DNA of 64,000 nt, taken from positions 1,696,001-1,760,000 of the forward strand of contig CAVZJV010000014.1 in the NCBI GenBank assembly GCA_963775685.1. Reading direction: 5' to 3'. The notes beneath the pieces were generated by a model. The model saw nothing but the letters and a program-made list of their open reading frames with translations. It had not been told where the DNA came from and did not search any database. The stretch comes from Candidatus Bathyarchaeota archaeon (GTDB lineage Archaea; Thermoproteota; Bathyarchaeia; Bathyarchaeales; Bathycorpusculaceae). A program made the translations under genes and the position numbers. This document shows positions 52,310 to 61,889 of the stretch, in pieces. Position 1 is the stretch's first letter. Each line of letters begins with the position of its first letter.

Positions 52310-52827
52310 AGGTTACGCAGTCAAAAAGCTCCATCGGGAAATAGAACGATTCTCTACAGTTCTTAATGGCACCCTCAACAAACTATAGAGCCATAAAGGC
52401 ATCTGGGGAAACCTCTTTGTTGAAAGCCCCACCCACTTGCGAATCTAAAACCGAATCGGGCATAATAGTCCTGGTGCCCAACAACTAAAACAGAAGAGAC
52501 CCCACGCTGTTTTTGCTGTTACTAATCCAGCCGTCACCAGTTCACTGCCGACACCGCGCCTCTGGTAACTCGGATGCACAGATAAAGGAGCTAAGACAAG
52601 CGTCTGCAAGGCTTCTCCGTCCGCTTTAACTTCTATGGGGAAAAACAGGATATGCCCAATCACACGACCCTCATATTCGACGACTAAAGATAACTCTGGA
52701 ATGTACTTTGGATTTTGTCTGAACTTTTCTATTAGCTGGGATCGAAGTTGCGCCTGAATGCTAACCGTACACCCTCAAGCACCTCAGCAAAGTCAGCTTT
52801 CGTTTCCTGCCTGACTTTTATATCCAA
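52310..52827 (-). pseudogene. GNAT (YhbS-like) N-acetyltransferase remnant
   Basis: IPELSLV...IGHILF, LAPLSVHPSYQRRGVG, VGHQDYYARFGF in shifting frames, with an internal stop. Confidence 0.75.
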
Positions 52828-52958
52828 GACAACTCCCTCCAAGAAAATGTTAGTGTTGCACTTTGGCTTAAGAAGTTTGCTTGTTCAGCATGAAGATGGA
52901 AACAAAATCGTTATGAGACAGTTGCTTACTAATTTAGCGTGCAAGGAGAACCCTGTCT

Positions 52959-54041
52959 ATGCCAAAAAACTTCACCTACACAGATGCAGGCGTCAATCGA
53001 CAACAGCGCCATGAATCAAAGAAAGCCCTAGTCGCGCTTAAAGAAACATATAAGCACATCGGTTTTGGCGGTATTATGCATTTGCCCTACAGCAACATAT
53101 TCCCAATTGGCGCCAACGCTTTTCTTGATCTTGAAATTGAAGGCGTCGGAACAAAAGTGCTAGTTGCCGACCTCGCAGACAAATATGACACTATTGGTAT
53201 AGATGCAGTGGCAATGGTAGTTAACGATGTTATCCGCTCGGGAGCTAAACCTCTAGCAATTGCAGACAACATCCATGCAACTGCCAGTAAACCTGAACTC
53301 GTAAAAGCTTGGCTCAAAGGCATCATTCAGGGCGCAAATGAATCGGAGTGCCCAGTTACAAACGGCGAGACAGGTGACGTCGCAGAAATAATCAAAGGCA
53401 TCACCCCCAACTCAGGCTTTGACATTGTTATCTCCTCAGTGGGCAAAGTGGAAAGCCAAGACATCATTACGGGCGAAGGCATCAAGCCAGATGACCCAAT
53501 CATTGGCTTAGCCAGCAGCGGCGTCCATAGCAACGGCATCACCCTTGTTCGGAAAATTCTCTTCAAGCAGTGGGGTGGAAAATACCTGCCAAACGACGTA
53601 CCCAAAGGTTTAGACAGGGAAGTTGCACTTGAGGTTTTGGAACCTACAAAAATCTACGTTAAGCCGCTCCTCAAACTCGTACACGAAGTCAAAGTTAAAG
53701 CCGCCGTGCATGTAACAGGCGACGCATTCACCAAATTCAACAACTTGGCGAACTACTCGCCGGGCATAGGCTTTAAGTTCAACAATTTTAAGCCCCAACC
53801 AATCTTTGGATTGATCCAGAAAACTGCCGCTGAACTCGGCTACACCATAACCGACGAGGAAATGTTCAAGACATTTAACATGGGCTGGGGCTTTGGCATT
53901 ATCGTTGACAAAGCAGACACAGATAAAGCCATGGACAACCTTGAGCAAAACAGCATGGTTCCCCAGTTGATAGGCAAAGTCACCAACAAAGAAAGAGTAG
54001 TTGAGATAGAGCACCAGAACAAACGTATGGTTTTAATGTAA
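52959..54041 (+). CDS. purM: AIR synthetase
   Basis: Y.DAGV, EGVGTK, GETG, SSGVHSNG, HVTG, TFNMG. Confidence 0.95.
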   Translation: MPKNFTYTDAGVNRQQRHESKKALVALKETYKHIGFGGIMHLPYSNIFPIGANAFLDLEIEGVGTKVLVADLADKYDTIGIDAVAMVVNDVIRSGAKPLAIADNIHATASKPELVKAWLKGIIQGANESECPVTNGETGDVAEIIKGITPNSGFDIVISSVGKVESQDIITGEGIKPDDPIIGLASSGVHSNGITLVRKILFKQWGGKYLPNDVPKGLDREVALEVLEPTKIYVKPLLKLVHEVKVKAAVHVTGDAFTKFNNLANYSPGIGFKFNNFKPQPIFGLIQKTAAELGYTITDEEMFKTFNMGWGFGIIVDKADTDKAMDNLEQNSMVPQLIGKVTNKERVVEIEHQNKRMVLM

Positions 54042-54098
54042 AGTATTGCTTTTTTCTTGATGAAAGCGTTTAAATCCCGAGGCTGAATTTAGAGGCTT

Positions 54099-54350
54099 AT
54101 GAAATACGCTGCAAAAATTGAAGTCAGCCTCAAACCCGGACACAGCAACCCGGAAGGCGAAACCACCGCACGACTACTAATCGAACTCGGCTACAAAGTA
54201 GATGCAGTGGACGTTAGCAAAGTCTACACCGTAACCCTTGACGCAGCCTCACCAAAGGAAGCCAAAGCAAAAGCTGAAGAAATGAGCAAACGCCTCCTGG
54301 CAAACCCAACCAAAGACAACTACACCATAAGCGTCGCTGAGCAGAAATGA
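54099..54350 (+). CDS. purS: FGAM synthase subunit PurS
   Basis: LKPG..NPEG, LLANP. Confidence 0.95.
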   Translation: MKYAAKIEVSLKPGHSNPEGETTARLLIELGYKVDAVDVSKVYTVTLDAASPKEAKAKAEEMSKRLLANPTKDNYTISVAEQK

Positions 54351-56734
54351 ACTCGGAACTCTATACCCAACGCAAAAACAGCCAAGTTTTAGAATTTCCC
54401 ATAGCAAAAGCCACCAAAGAGCAGCTTTCTGAAATTAACAACGAACTTGCTTTGGGATTTAGCGCAGAAGAACTGGATGCAATCCAAGCTTATTTTAAAA
54501 AAGAAAAACGCAATCCCACTAATGTGGAGTTGCAAACAATAAGTCAAACGTGGAGTGAGCATTGCTGCCACAAAACGTTTAAGGGCAAAATCCAACTCAA
54601 CGGCAAAGAAATCCAAAGCCTCTTTAAAACCTACATCGCAAAAGCCACGAAACAAATCAAAGCACCTTGGTGCGTAAGCGTTTTTGAGGACAACGCAGGC
54701 ATCGTAAAGTTTGACAAAGGCTATGGAATCGCGGCAAAGGTGGAAACACACAATCACCCATCCGCTGTGGAGCCGTTTGGAGGGGCAGCAACAGGCGTGG
54801 GCGGTGTTATCCGCGACATTTTAGGTGTGTGGGCTGACCCAATTGCGTGCACCGACGTTTTGGGTTTTGGACCCTTAGATTACGATTACAGTAAACTTCC
54901 AGCAGGCGTTAAACACCCAAAATACTTGTACATGGGCGTAACAGCAGGCATCAGCGCATATGGTAACAACATGGGCATCCCAACAGTCAACGGCGCAATA
55001 TACTTCGACGACAGCTACACGGGCAACGTCATAGTGTACTGCGGTTGCATCGGACTCTTACCCCTAAACAAGTACAACAAAAACGCTAAAATCGGAGACA
55101 TAGTTGTTTTGGCAGGCGGCAAAACAGGACGCGACGGCATCCACGGCGTAACCTTCGCATCCGCTGAACTCACCGAAAAATCAGAAGAAATCTCAAGACC
55201 CGCCGTACAAATAGCTGACCCAATCGAGGAAGAAAAAGTCAAACGGGCAATTATAGAGATTCGGGACTTGCGGTTGGGCTCGGCAATAACAGACATTGGC
55301 GGGGGAGGGTTATCTTCAGCTGTAGGTGAAACGGCTGAACGTTTTTGTTGTGGCGTGTCAATTGACTTGGGGAAGGTTCCTTTGAAGTATCAAGGATTAG
55401 CGCCATGGGAAATCTACCTTTCCGAATCCCAAGAACGCATGCTCCTAACTGTGCCGCCCGAGAATTTGGAGCGGGTTATGGCTGTTTTCGAAAAAGAAGA
55501 TGTACAAGCCAGGGCTATCGGTAAACTAATTCCGGAAAGGCGATTGCAACTCAACTACAACAGTGAAATAGTCTCCGATATCGATATGGAGTTTATGTTC
55601 AATCCCTGTCAAAGCACCAAAGTAGCAACCATCGAGAAGCCAAAACTAACTGAACCAGAGTTTGATGAACCAACAAACATAACAGAAACACTCCTACAAT
55701 TACTCGCAGCCCCCAACATCGCCAGCAAAGAATCTGTGATACGCACCTACGACCACGAAGTCAAGGGCAACACAGCCCTCAAACCCCTACAAGGCGAGTA
55801 CGCTGGACCAAACGACGCAGCAGTTCTCAAACCGTTGGACGATTCGATGAAGGGCTTAGTTATATCATGCGGCATGAACCCAAACTACGGCAAGATTGAT
55901 GCTTACTGGATGGCGGCTTCAGCAATCGACGAAGCCATGCGAAACAACATAGCTGTCGGTGGAAGAAGAATTTCGCTTTTGGACAATTTTACTTGGGGAA
56001 ACCCAGAGAAAACAGAACGGTTAGGCTCACTGGTGAGAGCTTGTCAAGCGTGCTACGATTTCTCGGTGGCGTTCAAGGCACCGTTTATTTCAGGAAAAGA
56101 CAGCCTCTACAACGAGTCGCCACTGGGTCCCGTGACCCCAACGCTCCTAATAACGGCAGTCGGCGTAATCTCCAACATCCAATCAACCATAAGCATGGAC
56201 CTCAAAACCCCAGGCAACAACCTCTACATCATCGGCGAAACATTCAACGAACTAGGCGGCAGCGAATACTACAAACTCAAAGGCTTCTCAGGTGTATCCG
56301 TCCCTAAAGTCAAAGGCGCAAAGGCCAAACGAACCTTCAAAGCCGTCACCAAAGCCATCGACGCAGGCTTAGTTAAATCGTGCCACGACCTTTCGGAAGG
56401 AGGGTTAGCTGTGGCGGCAGCGGAGATGGCGTTTGCAGGTGGCTATGGCTTAGAAATCAATTTGCAAAAAGTCCCAGGCAAAGACCTTGCGCGCAACGAC
56501 TTTGTATTGTTCTCTGAATCCAACAGCCGGTTCCTAATGGAGGTCATAGAAGCAGACAAAGAAGACTTTGAGGACTTAATGAAAGGCAAAAGCTGCATCC
56601 TGATAGGAAAAGTAACCAAAGAACAAAAACTAAAAATCAAAGGCCTACATGGAAAAGCTGTGGTTGATTTAGCACTTGAAACGCTTCGGCGCAGCTGGAA
56701 GAGAACTTTGAGTTCAGAGAAGATGCCACAATGA
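54347..56734 (+). CDS. purL: FGAM synthase subunit PurL
   Basis: WSEHCCHK, ETHNHPS, GRDGIHG, SESQERM, SGKDSLYN, HDLSEGG. Confidence 0.97.
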   Translation: MNSELYTQRKNSQVLEFPIAKATKEQLSEINNELALGFSAEELDAIQAYFKKEKRNPTNVELQTISQTWSEHCCHKTFKGKIQLNGKEIQSLFKTYIAKATKQIKAPWCVSVFEDNAGIVKFDKGYGIAAKVETHNHPSAVEPFGGAATGVGGVIRDILGVWADPIACTDVLGFGPLDYDYSKLPAGVKHPKYLYMGVTAGISAYGNNMGIPTVNGAIYFDDSYTGNVIVYCGCIGLLPLNKYNKNAKIGDIVVLAGGKTGRDGIHGVTFASAELTEKSEEISRPAVQIADPIEEEKVKRAIIEIRDLRLGSAITDIGGGGLSSAVGETAERFCCGVSIDLGKVPLKYQGLAPWEIYLSESQERMLLTVPPENLERVMAVFEKEDVQARAIGKLIPERRLQLNYNSEIVSDIDMEFMFNPCQSTKVATIEKPKLTEPEFDEPTNITETLLQLLAAPNIASKESVIRTYDHEVKGNTALKPLQGEYAGPNDAAVLKPLDDSMKGLVISCGMNPNYGKIDAYWMAASAIDEAMRNNIAVGGRRISLLDNFTWGNPEKTERLGSLVRACQACYDFSVAFKAPFISGKDSLYNESPLGPVTPTLLITAVGVISNIQSTISMDLKTPGNNLYIIGETFNELGGSEYYKLKGFSGVSVPKVKGAKAKRTFKAVTKAIDAGLVKSCHDLSEGGLAVAAAEMAFAGGYGLEINLQKVPGKDLARNDFVLFSESNSRFLMEVIEADKEDFEDLMKGKSCILIGKVTKEQKLKIKGLHGKAVVDLALETLRRSWKRTLSSEKMPQ

Positions 56735-57549
56735 ACACCGAGGACATTAAAATCTGCGTGCTGCGTGTCGGCGGAACCAACTGCGACGCTGAAACCCAAC
56801 GCGCCTTCCAAGAACTCGGTGTACAAGCCGAAACGGTACATGTTAACGAACTTATCAAACGCCGCAACCTGCTCGATTACAACGTGCTGGTTTTCCCAGG
56901 CGGCTTCTCATTTGGCGACTACGTACGTTCAGGCGTCATCTTTGCAAGGCATCTTTCAACCCAATTAGGGAAGGAAATTGAAACCTTCGTTGACGAAGGC
57001 AGACCAATATTGGGTATTTGCAATGGATTCCAAATCCTCGTCGAATACGGTTTGCTCCCAGGATTCCAAGGAATAAGTACCTACCCCGAAGCAACGTTAA
57101 CAACCAATGAACCAGCAGGCTTCAAGTGCCAATGGGTTTACCTAAAACAGGAAAACAAGAGCAAATGCGCCTTCACAAGTAAAATCCCCGCCGAAAAAAC
57201 CATCCAGCTACCAATTGCACACGGTGAAGGAAGATTACTCTTCCCTAAGGAAAAAGAAGAGTCTCTACTAAAGAAACTGATCGACGAAGACATGCTGGTT
57301 TTCCGTTACTGCACCAAGGAAGGAAAAGTAGCCGACAGCAAATACCCCGCCAACCCGAACGGTTCATTCTACGACATAGCAGGCATCTGCAACAGAGAAG
57401 GCAACATTTTTGGTTTGATGCCACATCCCGAGAGGGCAATGTACTGGTGGCAACAACCCGACTGGACACGCCAACAACAAATGCTACAGTACGGCGACGG
57501 CAAACTAATCTTCCAAAGCATCATCGATAAACTAACCAAGAAGTGCTAA
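56731..57549 (+). CDS. purQ: FGAM synthase glutaminase subunit PurQ
   Basis: GGFSFGD, GICNGFQ, AHGEG, MPHPER. Confidence 0.97.
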   Translation: MNTEDIKICVLRVGGTNCDAETQRAFQELGVQAETVHVNELIKRRNLLDYNVLVFPGGFSFGDYVRSGVIFARHLSTQLGKEIETFVDEGRPILGICNGFQILVEYGLLPGFQGISTYPEATLTTNEPAGFKCQWVYLKQENKSKCAFTSKIPAEKTIQLPIAHGEGRLLFPKEKEESLLKKLIDEDMLVFRYCTKEGKVADSKYPANPNGSFYDIAGICNREGNIFGLMPHPERAMYWWQQPDWTRQQQMLQYGDGKLIFQSIIDKLTKKC

Positions 57550-58446
57550 ATCCTTAGCGTAAGGCAATCCCGTGCGAGCACCCATCACCGTAACGCTTCG
57601 GGAAGCAACAAAATTGGCAAGTTGTCCGCATTCGTAAAGGGTTTTACCATGGATTAATCCGTAAAGAAAACCCGCGTCGAATGCATCTCCTGCGCCAGTC
57701 GTGTCGACAACTTTTACTTTGAAGGGGTCTATGCTAAGTCTTTCTTGTCCGTCAGTGACGTAGCAGCCCTTGGCGCCAAGTTTTACCGCAACTATTTTGA
57801 CGCCCATCGCAATCATGAAGTCGGCGCCTTTGCGGTAATCAGTTTCGCCGGTTATTTGTTCAAGTTCAATGAGGTTAGGCAGCAAAACGTAAGAATTCCT
57901 AATCATCGGCTCTATTACGGCAAAACCTTTCTGTGCATACAGTGAACCGGGGTCAAAGCTGATTTTAACTTCATCAGGCAACGAACTTAACAGCTTTTTT
58001 TGTGCACGAAAAGATTTCTCGCCCACAAAGGAAGATAAGTGCAAGAATTTGGATTGGGAAACGTATTCCCATTTGATCTCGCGGGGCTCAACTAAGTCGT
58101 TGACGCCTGAGTTTATGTAGAGGGCTCTTGCGCCTTTTCTGTCCACAAAACCCATCACTACGCCGCTCTTGCCTTTCGTTGCCACTGTTATGCCATTGAT
58201 GTCGACACCTTCGGTCTTTAAATTGTCGATTTGAAGTTTTCCTTCGCGGTCGTCTGCGACTTTCCCGATGAAGCCTACTTTGCCGGCTAGCCTAGCCAAC
58301 CCAACTATGGTGTTTGCAGCTGAACCTCCGCAGGCTTCCGTGTAGTCTTCAATGAAGCTTTCTTCTTCCGCACATACAAGTCGCTGCACTTTGAAAAGCA
58401 TATCGACATTAAGTGCACCAAAACCTATTACATCAAATTTTGTCAT
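57532..58446 (-). CDS. PfkB/ribokinase-family kinase (EhaT-like)
   Basis: GFGALNVD, GGSAAN, DTTGAGDAF; ATGA overlap with the upstream gene. Confidence 0.92.
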   Translation of the reverse strand: MTKFDVIGFGALNVDMLFKVQRLVCAEEESFIEDYTEACGGSAANTIVGLARLAGKVGFIGKVADDREGKLQIDNLKTEGVDINGITVATKGKSGVVMGFVDRKGARALYINSGVNDLVEPREIKWEYVSQSKFLHLSSFVGEKSFRAQKKLLSSLPDEVKISFDPGSLYAQKGFAVIEPMIRNSYVLLPNLIELEQITGETDYRKGADFMIAMGVKIVAVKLGAKGCYVTDGQERLSIDPFKVKVVDTTGAGDAFDAGFLYGLIHGKTLYECGQLANFVASRSVTVMGARTGLPYAKDLALLG

Positions 58447-59348
58447 GAAAATAGCTCTCTTAATTGGATTTTGTATTCGCCAAGTTTACCGCCGTAGTTA
58501 CCACCGGAGACCCGTACAACCCCTTCAATGTCTAATACTGCGTTTATACCTTTTTTTGTGGCTTCTTTGATTGCGTCTAAGGAAATCCCGTCATAAACGA
58601 TTTCGGCGATGTATCCCACGCCATCTGGAACCAGTGATTCCGCGCCTAAGCGTGCCTTGAGCGAGGGACAGTGGAGGTGGTTGGTTGTTGGTCCGATTTT
58701 TGGGAAGTGGGTTTCGGGTTTAGAGCCTGCGGAGCAAATGTCAAAGGTGGTCACGACGCCATAAACCTTATGAATGGACTTTAAGGCTTTGGCGCCCGCT
58801 TCCTTAAGCGCTTGTTTAGTGCCACACATTACCCAGAAATTGCCGCCCATCACCCCGCGCGCATAACCCAAGTAACGTTCGACAACAAAGTCCGGAACCA
58901 TCAATGGAACCACAATGACCTCTCTACCATACCGAGTTTCAACCCACTCGTAACCATCGCCACAGTGACCTACACGCTCCATCATGTCCAATTTCCCCTC
59001 AGCTCTCGGCAGGGCGTCGAATACAGCCGTGAATGGTTTTACAAGTATGTCTTGGCGAATACGATAGGACAACTCAGTTTCGAATTTTTTTAGGGATTCT
59101 TGGAAGGTTTTTTTCGGGCTAATTTCTCCCCAGAACTGCAGGATTGCGCCAACCCTTTTATCCGGAGTTTCGTTTGGGCGGAGGTATTTTTCTACCCCGC
59201 CTTCTGTTCTGCCTATAACAACCGATGGAGTTGCAGTCGAGTCTTCGGCTGCTTTACGCAATGTTTCGGGATCGTCGGCAGTCAGTATTATGCGGCAGAA
59301 TACACCCGCGAACGCTTCGATGTAAGTATCATCGATTTTTTTATTCAT
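58443..59348 (-). CDS. Formylmethanofuran:H4MPT formyltransferase paralog (Ftr-II / EhaS-like)
   Basis: DTYIEAF, ETPD.R.G, GGNF, GNYGGKLG (Ftr fold) with divergent TATP..IGR.EGG, RIRQDILVKP, VGHCGDGYEW. Confidence 0.85.
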   Translation of the reverse strand: MNKKIDDTYIEAFAGVFCRIILTADDPETLRKAAEDSTATPSVVIGRTEGGVEKYLRPNETPDKRVGAILQFWGEISPKKTFQESLKKFETELSYRIRQDILVKPFTAVFDALPRAEGKLDMMERVGHCGDGYEWVETRYGREVIVVPLMVPDFVVERYLGYARGVMGGNFWVMCGTKQALKEAGAKALKSIHKVYGVVTTFDICSAGSKPETHFPKIGPTTNHLHCPSLKARLGAESLVPDGVGYIAEIVYDGISLDAIKEATKKGINAVLDIEGVVRVSGGNYGGKLGEYKIQLRELFS

Positions 59349-60440
59349 TTACCCAAGTCCTCCAATATCTATGCCCCGAACCTTATTGCGAAACATGCAA
59401 CTCTCTTTCACAAGTGCGTCCACATTTTGAGGAGTGATAATTTGAACGCTCGGCAAGGCTCCAGGATATACTGAATAAAGCTGTTTTAGGAAAACAGAGT
59501 TTACACCGCTCTCTTCTACCGCTTGTTTGCACCAAAACAAAATCACTTTTAGAGTCTGGGCTTTTCCCAACCTACAGAACAAGTCAGCAACTAGGGCGGT
59601 AATGAGATTGCTTTCGGAGAACACTGCAACCTCAGCGCTCCTAACAGCATAACTGTTGCCATTAAAAGAGACAGCTAAGCCACCACCAGCGCGGACCAGT
59701 TTGAAGGCTTCCATGTCGGTTATGCTGTCGCCAACATAGATTACATCCGCCAATCGTACGCCTAAACGTTTTGCAGCATCACGTATAGCCTCAGCTTTTT
59801 GTGCCCCACCAACCGTAACCACATCTGTGAGGAATTTGCCAACAAACATTTTGGGGACGTCACTCCAGAAGATCTCATCCAACCGCTGGATCACCGATAG
59901 GTCGCTATGGGAAAAATCTTGAAGAGTTCTTGCCCCAAGTGGAATATCGATTAACTGCATTTGCGCGATTTCTTGCGCTATTTCCTTTAAACGCTCTTTT
60001 TCTTGGGGAGTTATGGCGATTTTGTCGAGGCTGACTTTGGTGCAGTAAGTGTTTTTGTATGGGAAATCGACGACGGTGCAAAGGGCGCGGATGTAGTGTT
60101 CATAACTGGTGCTGACGATGAAGGCGTCGGCTATGTCTTGTATATAGTGTAGGGTGGTTTGGGTGTTGGCGATTAGTAGGATGTTTTGGGCAGAGAACTC
60201 TTCCATCTGGCGGTCGGTTACGCCATATGCTTTGAAGAAGGGCAAAATGAGCTTTAACGTGCTGCCCGCGGAATACCCAGGTTTCTTCAGTATATCTGCA
60301 AGCGTATCGTCGTATTTGCTGATATTAGCAAAAAAGCTGTCACCGTTTGGAATAAAATTAGCCGCCAACTCAAACGCATTATCATTTTTTGAGATAGGTC
60401 CTTCGCAATCAGAAACAAAAACACGCTTCAAACCCTGCAC
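59349..60440 (-). CDS. HAD-like protein (COG4030 / EhaR-like)
   Basis: SDCEGPISKNDNAFEL, AG.TLKLILPFF, VSTSY, VGDSITD, SFNGN.YA. Confidence 0.85.
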   Translation of the reverse strand: MQGLKRVFVSDCEGPISKNDNAFELAANFIPNGDSFFANISKYDDTLADILKKPGYSAGSTLKLILPFFKAYGVTDRQMEEFSAQNILLIANTQTTLHYIQDIADAFIVSTSYEHYIRALCTVVDFPYKNTYCTKVSLDKIAITPQEKERLKEIAQEIAQMQLIDIPLGARTLQDFSHSDLSVIQRLDEIFWSDVPKMFVGKFLTDVVTVGGAQKAEAIRDAAKRLGVRLADVIYVGDSITDMEAFKLVRAGGGLAVSFNGNSYAVRSAEVAVFSESNLITALVADLFCRLGKAQTLKVILFWCKQAVEESGVNSVFLKQLYSVYPGALPSVQIITPQNVDALVKESCMFRNKVRGIDIGGLG

Positions 60441-61840
60441 CTCAACTGCTCCATGTGTCTGACGCTTTTGGCTATGTGATGTTTTTCTGCCACGTCGGTT
60501 CGGTTCCAGAGCGCACCACCCTTGATTGCTTTGGCGCCTTCTTGGCTTATTTGGCGTGCTTCCTCGATGCTACTGCCTATTCCCAGAATACCGATAGCAC
60601 GGGATTTGAGCGCATAGTTTTTGCCGTCACGTACCTCCATGGAGCCTGGGTAGATGCGGATTTTGTCGCCGTACTTTTCGGTTAGGTCTTCGGCTTTAGT
60701 TAGATCGACCGGTGTGTTGATGAAGGCTTTATCCACTTTGTCTGGGTGTGCTTCGGCGTAGCCGCCGTAGTCTGCGGGAACCTTATAGGTCAGCACCGTC
60801 GCCGACTTCTCCATAGCGACCCCCTTCAGGTTGCCGTCAATCATTCTGAGGCATACGTCGACGAAGTCGTTTTTAATGACCGGGAGGAGGTTCATGATTT
60901 CGGGATCTCCTGGGCGACTGTTTATTTCTAGGATTTTTATGTCTTTGCCCGTGTGAATGAAAGCAAGGTAGAGTGGAACGCCGCGGAGTGCCGAATCGTC
61001 AAGGATTTTTGCCTTCCATCCATTGAAAACCCGGTCAGCTAAAGCAAGTTCTTGTTCACGTTCAGAGGCAGTGAGGAAAGGCAGGTAATCGCCGACATCT
61101 TTGTATGAACCCATACCGCCTGTGTTTGGGCCTTTGTCATCATCGAAGGCGCGTTTGTAGTCGCGGGTGTCGGGCAACATCATGAAGTGTTTGCCGTCGC
61201 AGAACCCCATACAACTGGATTCTTCCCCGTCAATTTTTTCCTCTATAATTACTGAGTCATATTGGAAGTTAGACATGAAATGCTCGAAAAGTTGTTCGCG
61301 GTTTGCGAAGTGGTCTCCCCAAACGCCCACGCCTTTACCCAAGGCCGGTTTGTCAGGTTTAACCACAGCCTGATTATCGAGTTCGTCTAGCCACTCGTAA
61401 ACAGCCTTTCGTACATCTTTGCCTTTGTAATCGGTAGGGTGGAAAATCCGAAAACGGGGATTAGCGTCCGGCGCAATCTCCTCGAAGAGTATGCGTTGGG
61501 CAATTTTGCTGCCTTCGATGGCGTAGTCTTTTTTGGGGCAGATGACAGGTATGCCGGTTTGTTCCTCGACTAAGTCGCGTATGCCCTCAATTATGGGTTT
61601 CTCGGAGCCAACCATAACGAAGTCCAGGTTCTCCTTGTTTTCTTGGGCAAACTTGCATACTTCGTCAATGTTGAGGTTTGGGATGACTTTGTGTTTGGCG
61701 GCGTGTTTTGCATTGAAGGGATTGCGTTGTTTGTCGGCAACGAAAAGTTCAACTCGGTAGTTATTGCTTCTTAAAAGTGCGTCTGCCATAGCGACTTCCC
61801 GTGCGCCGTAAGAAACTAGTAGGATGCCTATCTTCTCCAT
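60428..61840 (-). CDS. purD: Phosphoribosylamine-glycine ligase
   Basis: GARE, EGSK, GKGV, DYKRAFDDDKGPNTGGMG, EINSRPGDPE. Confidence 0.93.
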   Translation of the reverse strand: MEKIGILLVSYGAREVAMADALLRSNNYRVELFVADKQRNPFNAKHAAKHKVIPNLNIDEVCKFAQENKENLDFVMVGSEKPIIEGIRDLVEEQTGIPVICPKKDYAIEGSKIAQRILFEEIAPDANPRFRIFHPTDYKGKDVRKAVYEWLDELDNQAVVKPDKPALGKGVGVWGDHFANREQLFEHFMSNFQYDSVIIEEKIDGEESSCMGFCDGKHFMMLPDTRDYKRAFDDDKGPNTGGMGSYKDVGDYLPFLTASEREQELALADRVFNGWKAKILDDSALRGVPLYLAFIHTGKDIKILEINSRPGDPEIMNLLPVIKNDFVDVCLRMIDGNLKGVAMEKSATVLTYKVPADYGGYAEAHPDKVDKAFINTPVDLTKAEDLTEKYGDKIRIYPGSMEVRDGKNYALKSRAIGILGIGSSIEEARQISQEGAKAIKGGALWNRTDVAEKHHIAKSVRHMEQLRCRV

Positions 61841-61889
61841 CTAAGATACACCTTAACTGACTAATCAGTGGAGGAACTCTTTATAGCGG

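Noticed and set aside
57532-60440. Energy-converting hydrogenase (Eha) operon
   Set aside because: No hydrogenase, antiporter-like or polyferredoxin subunits nearby; only the soluble RST-like trio
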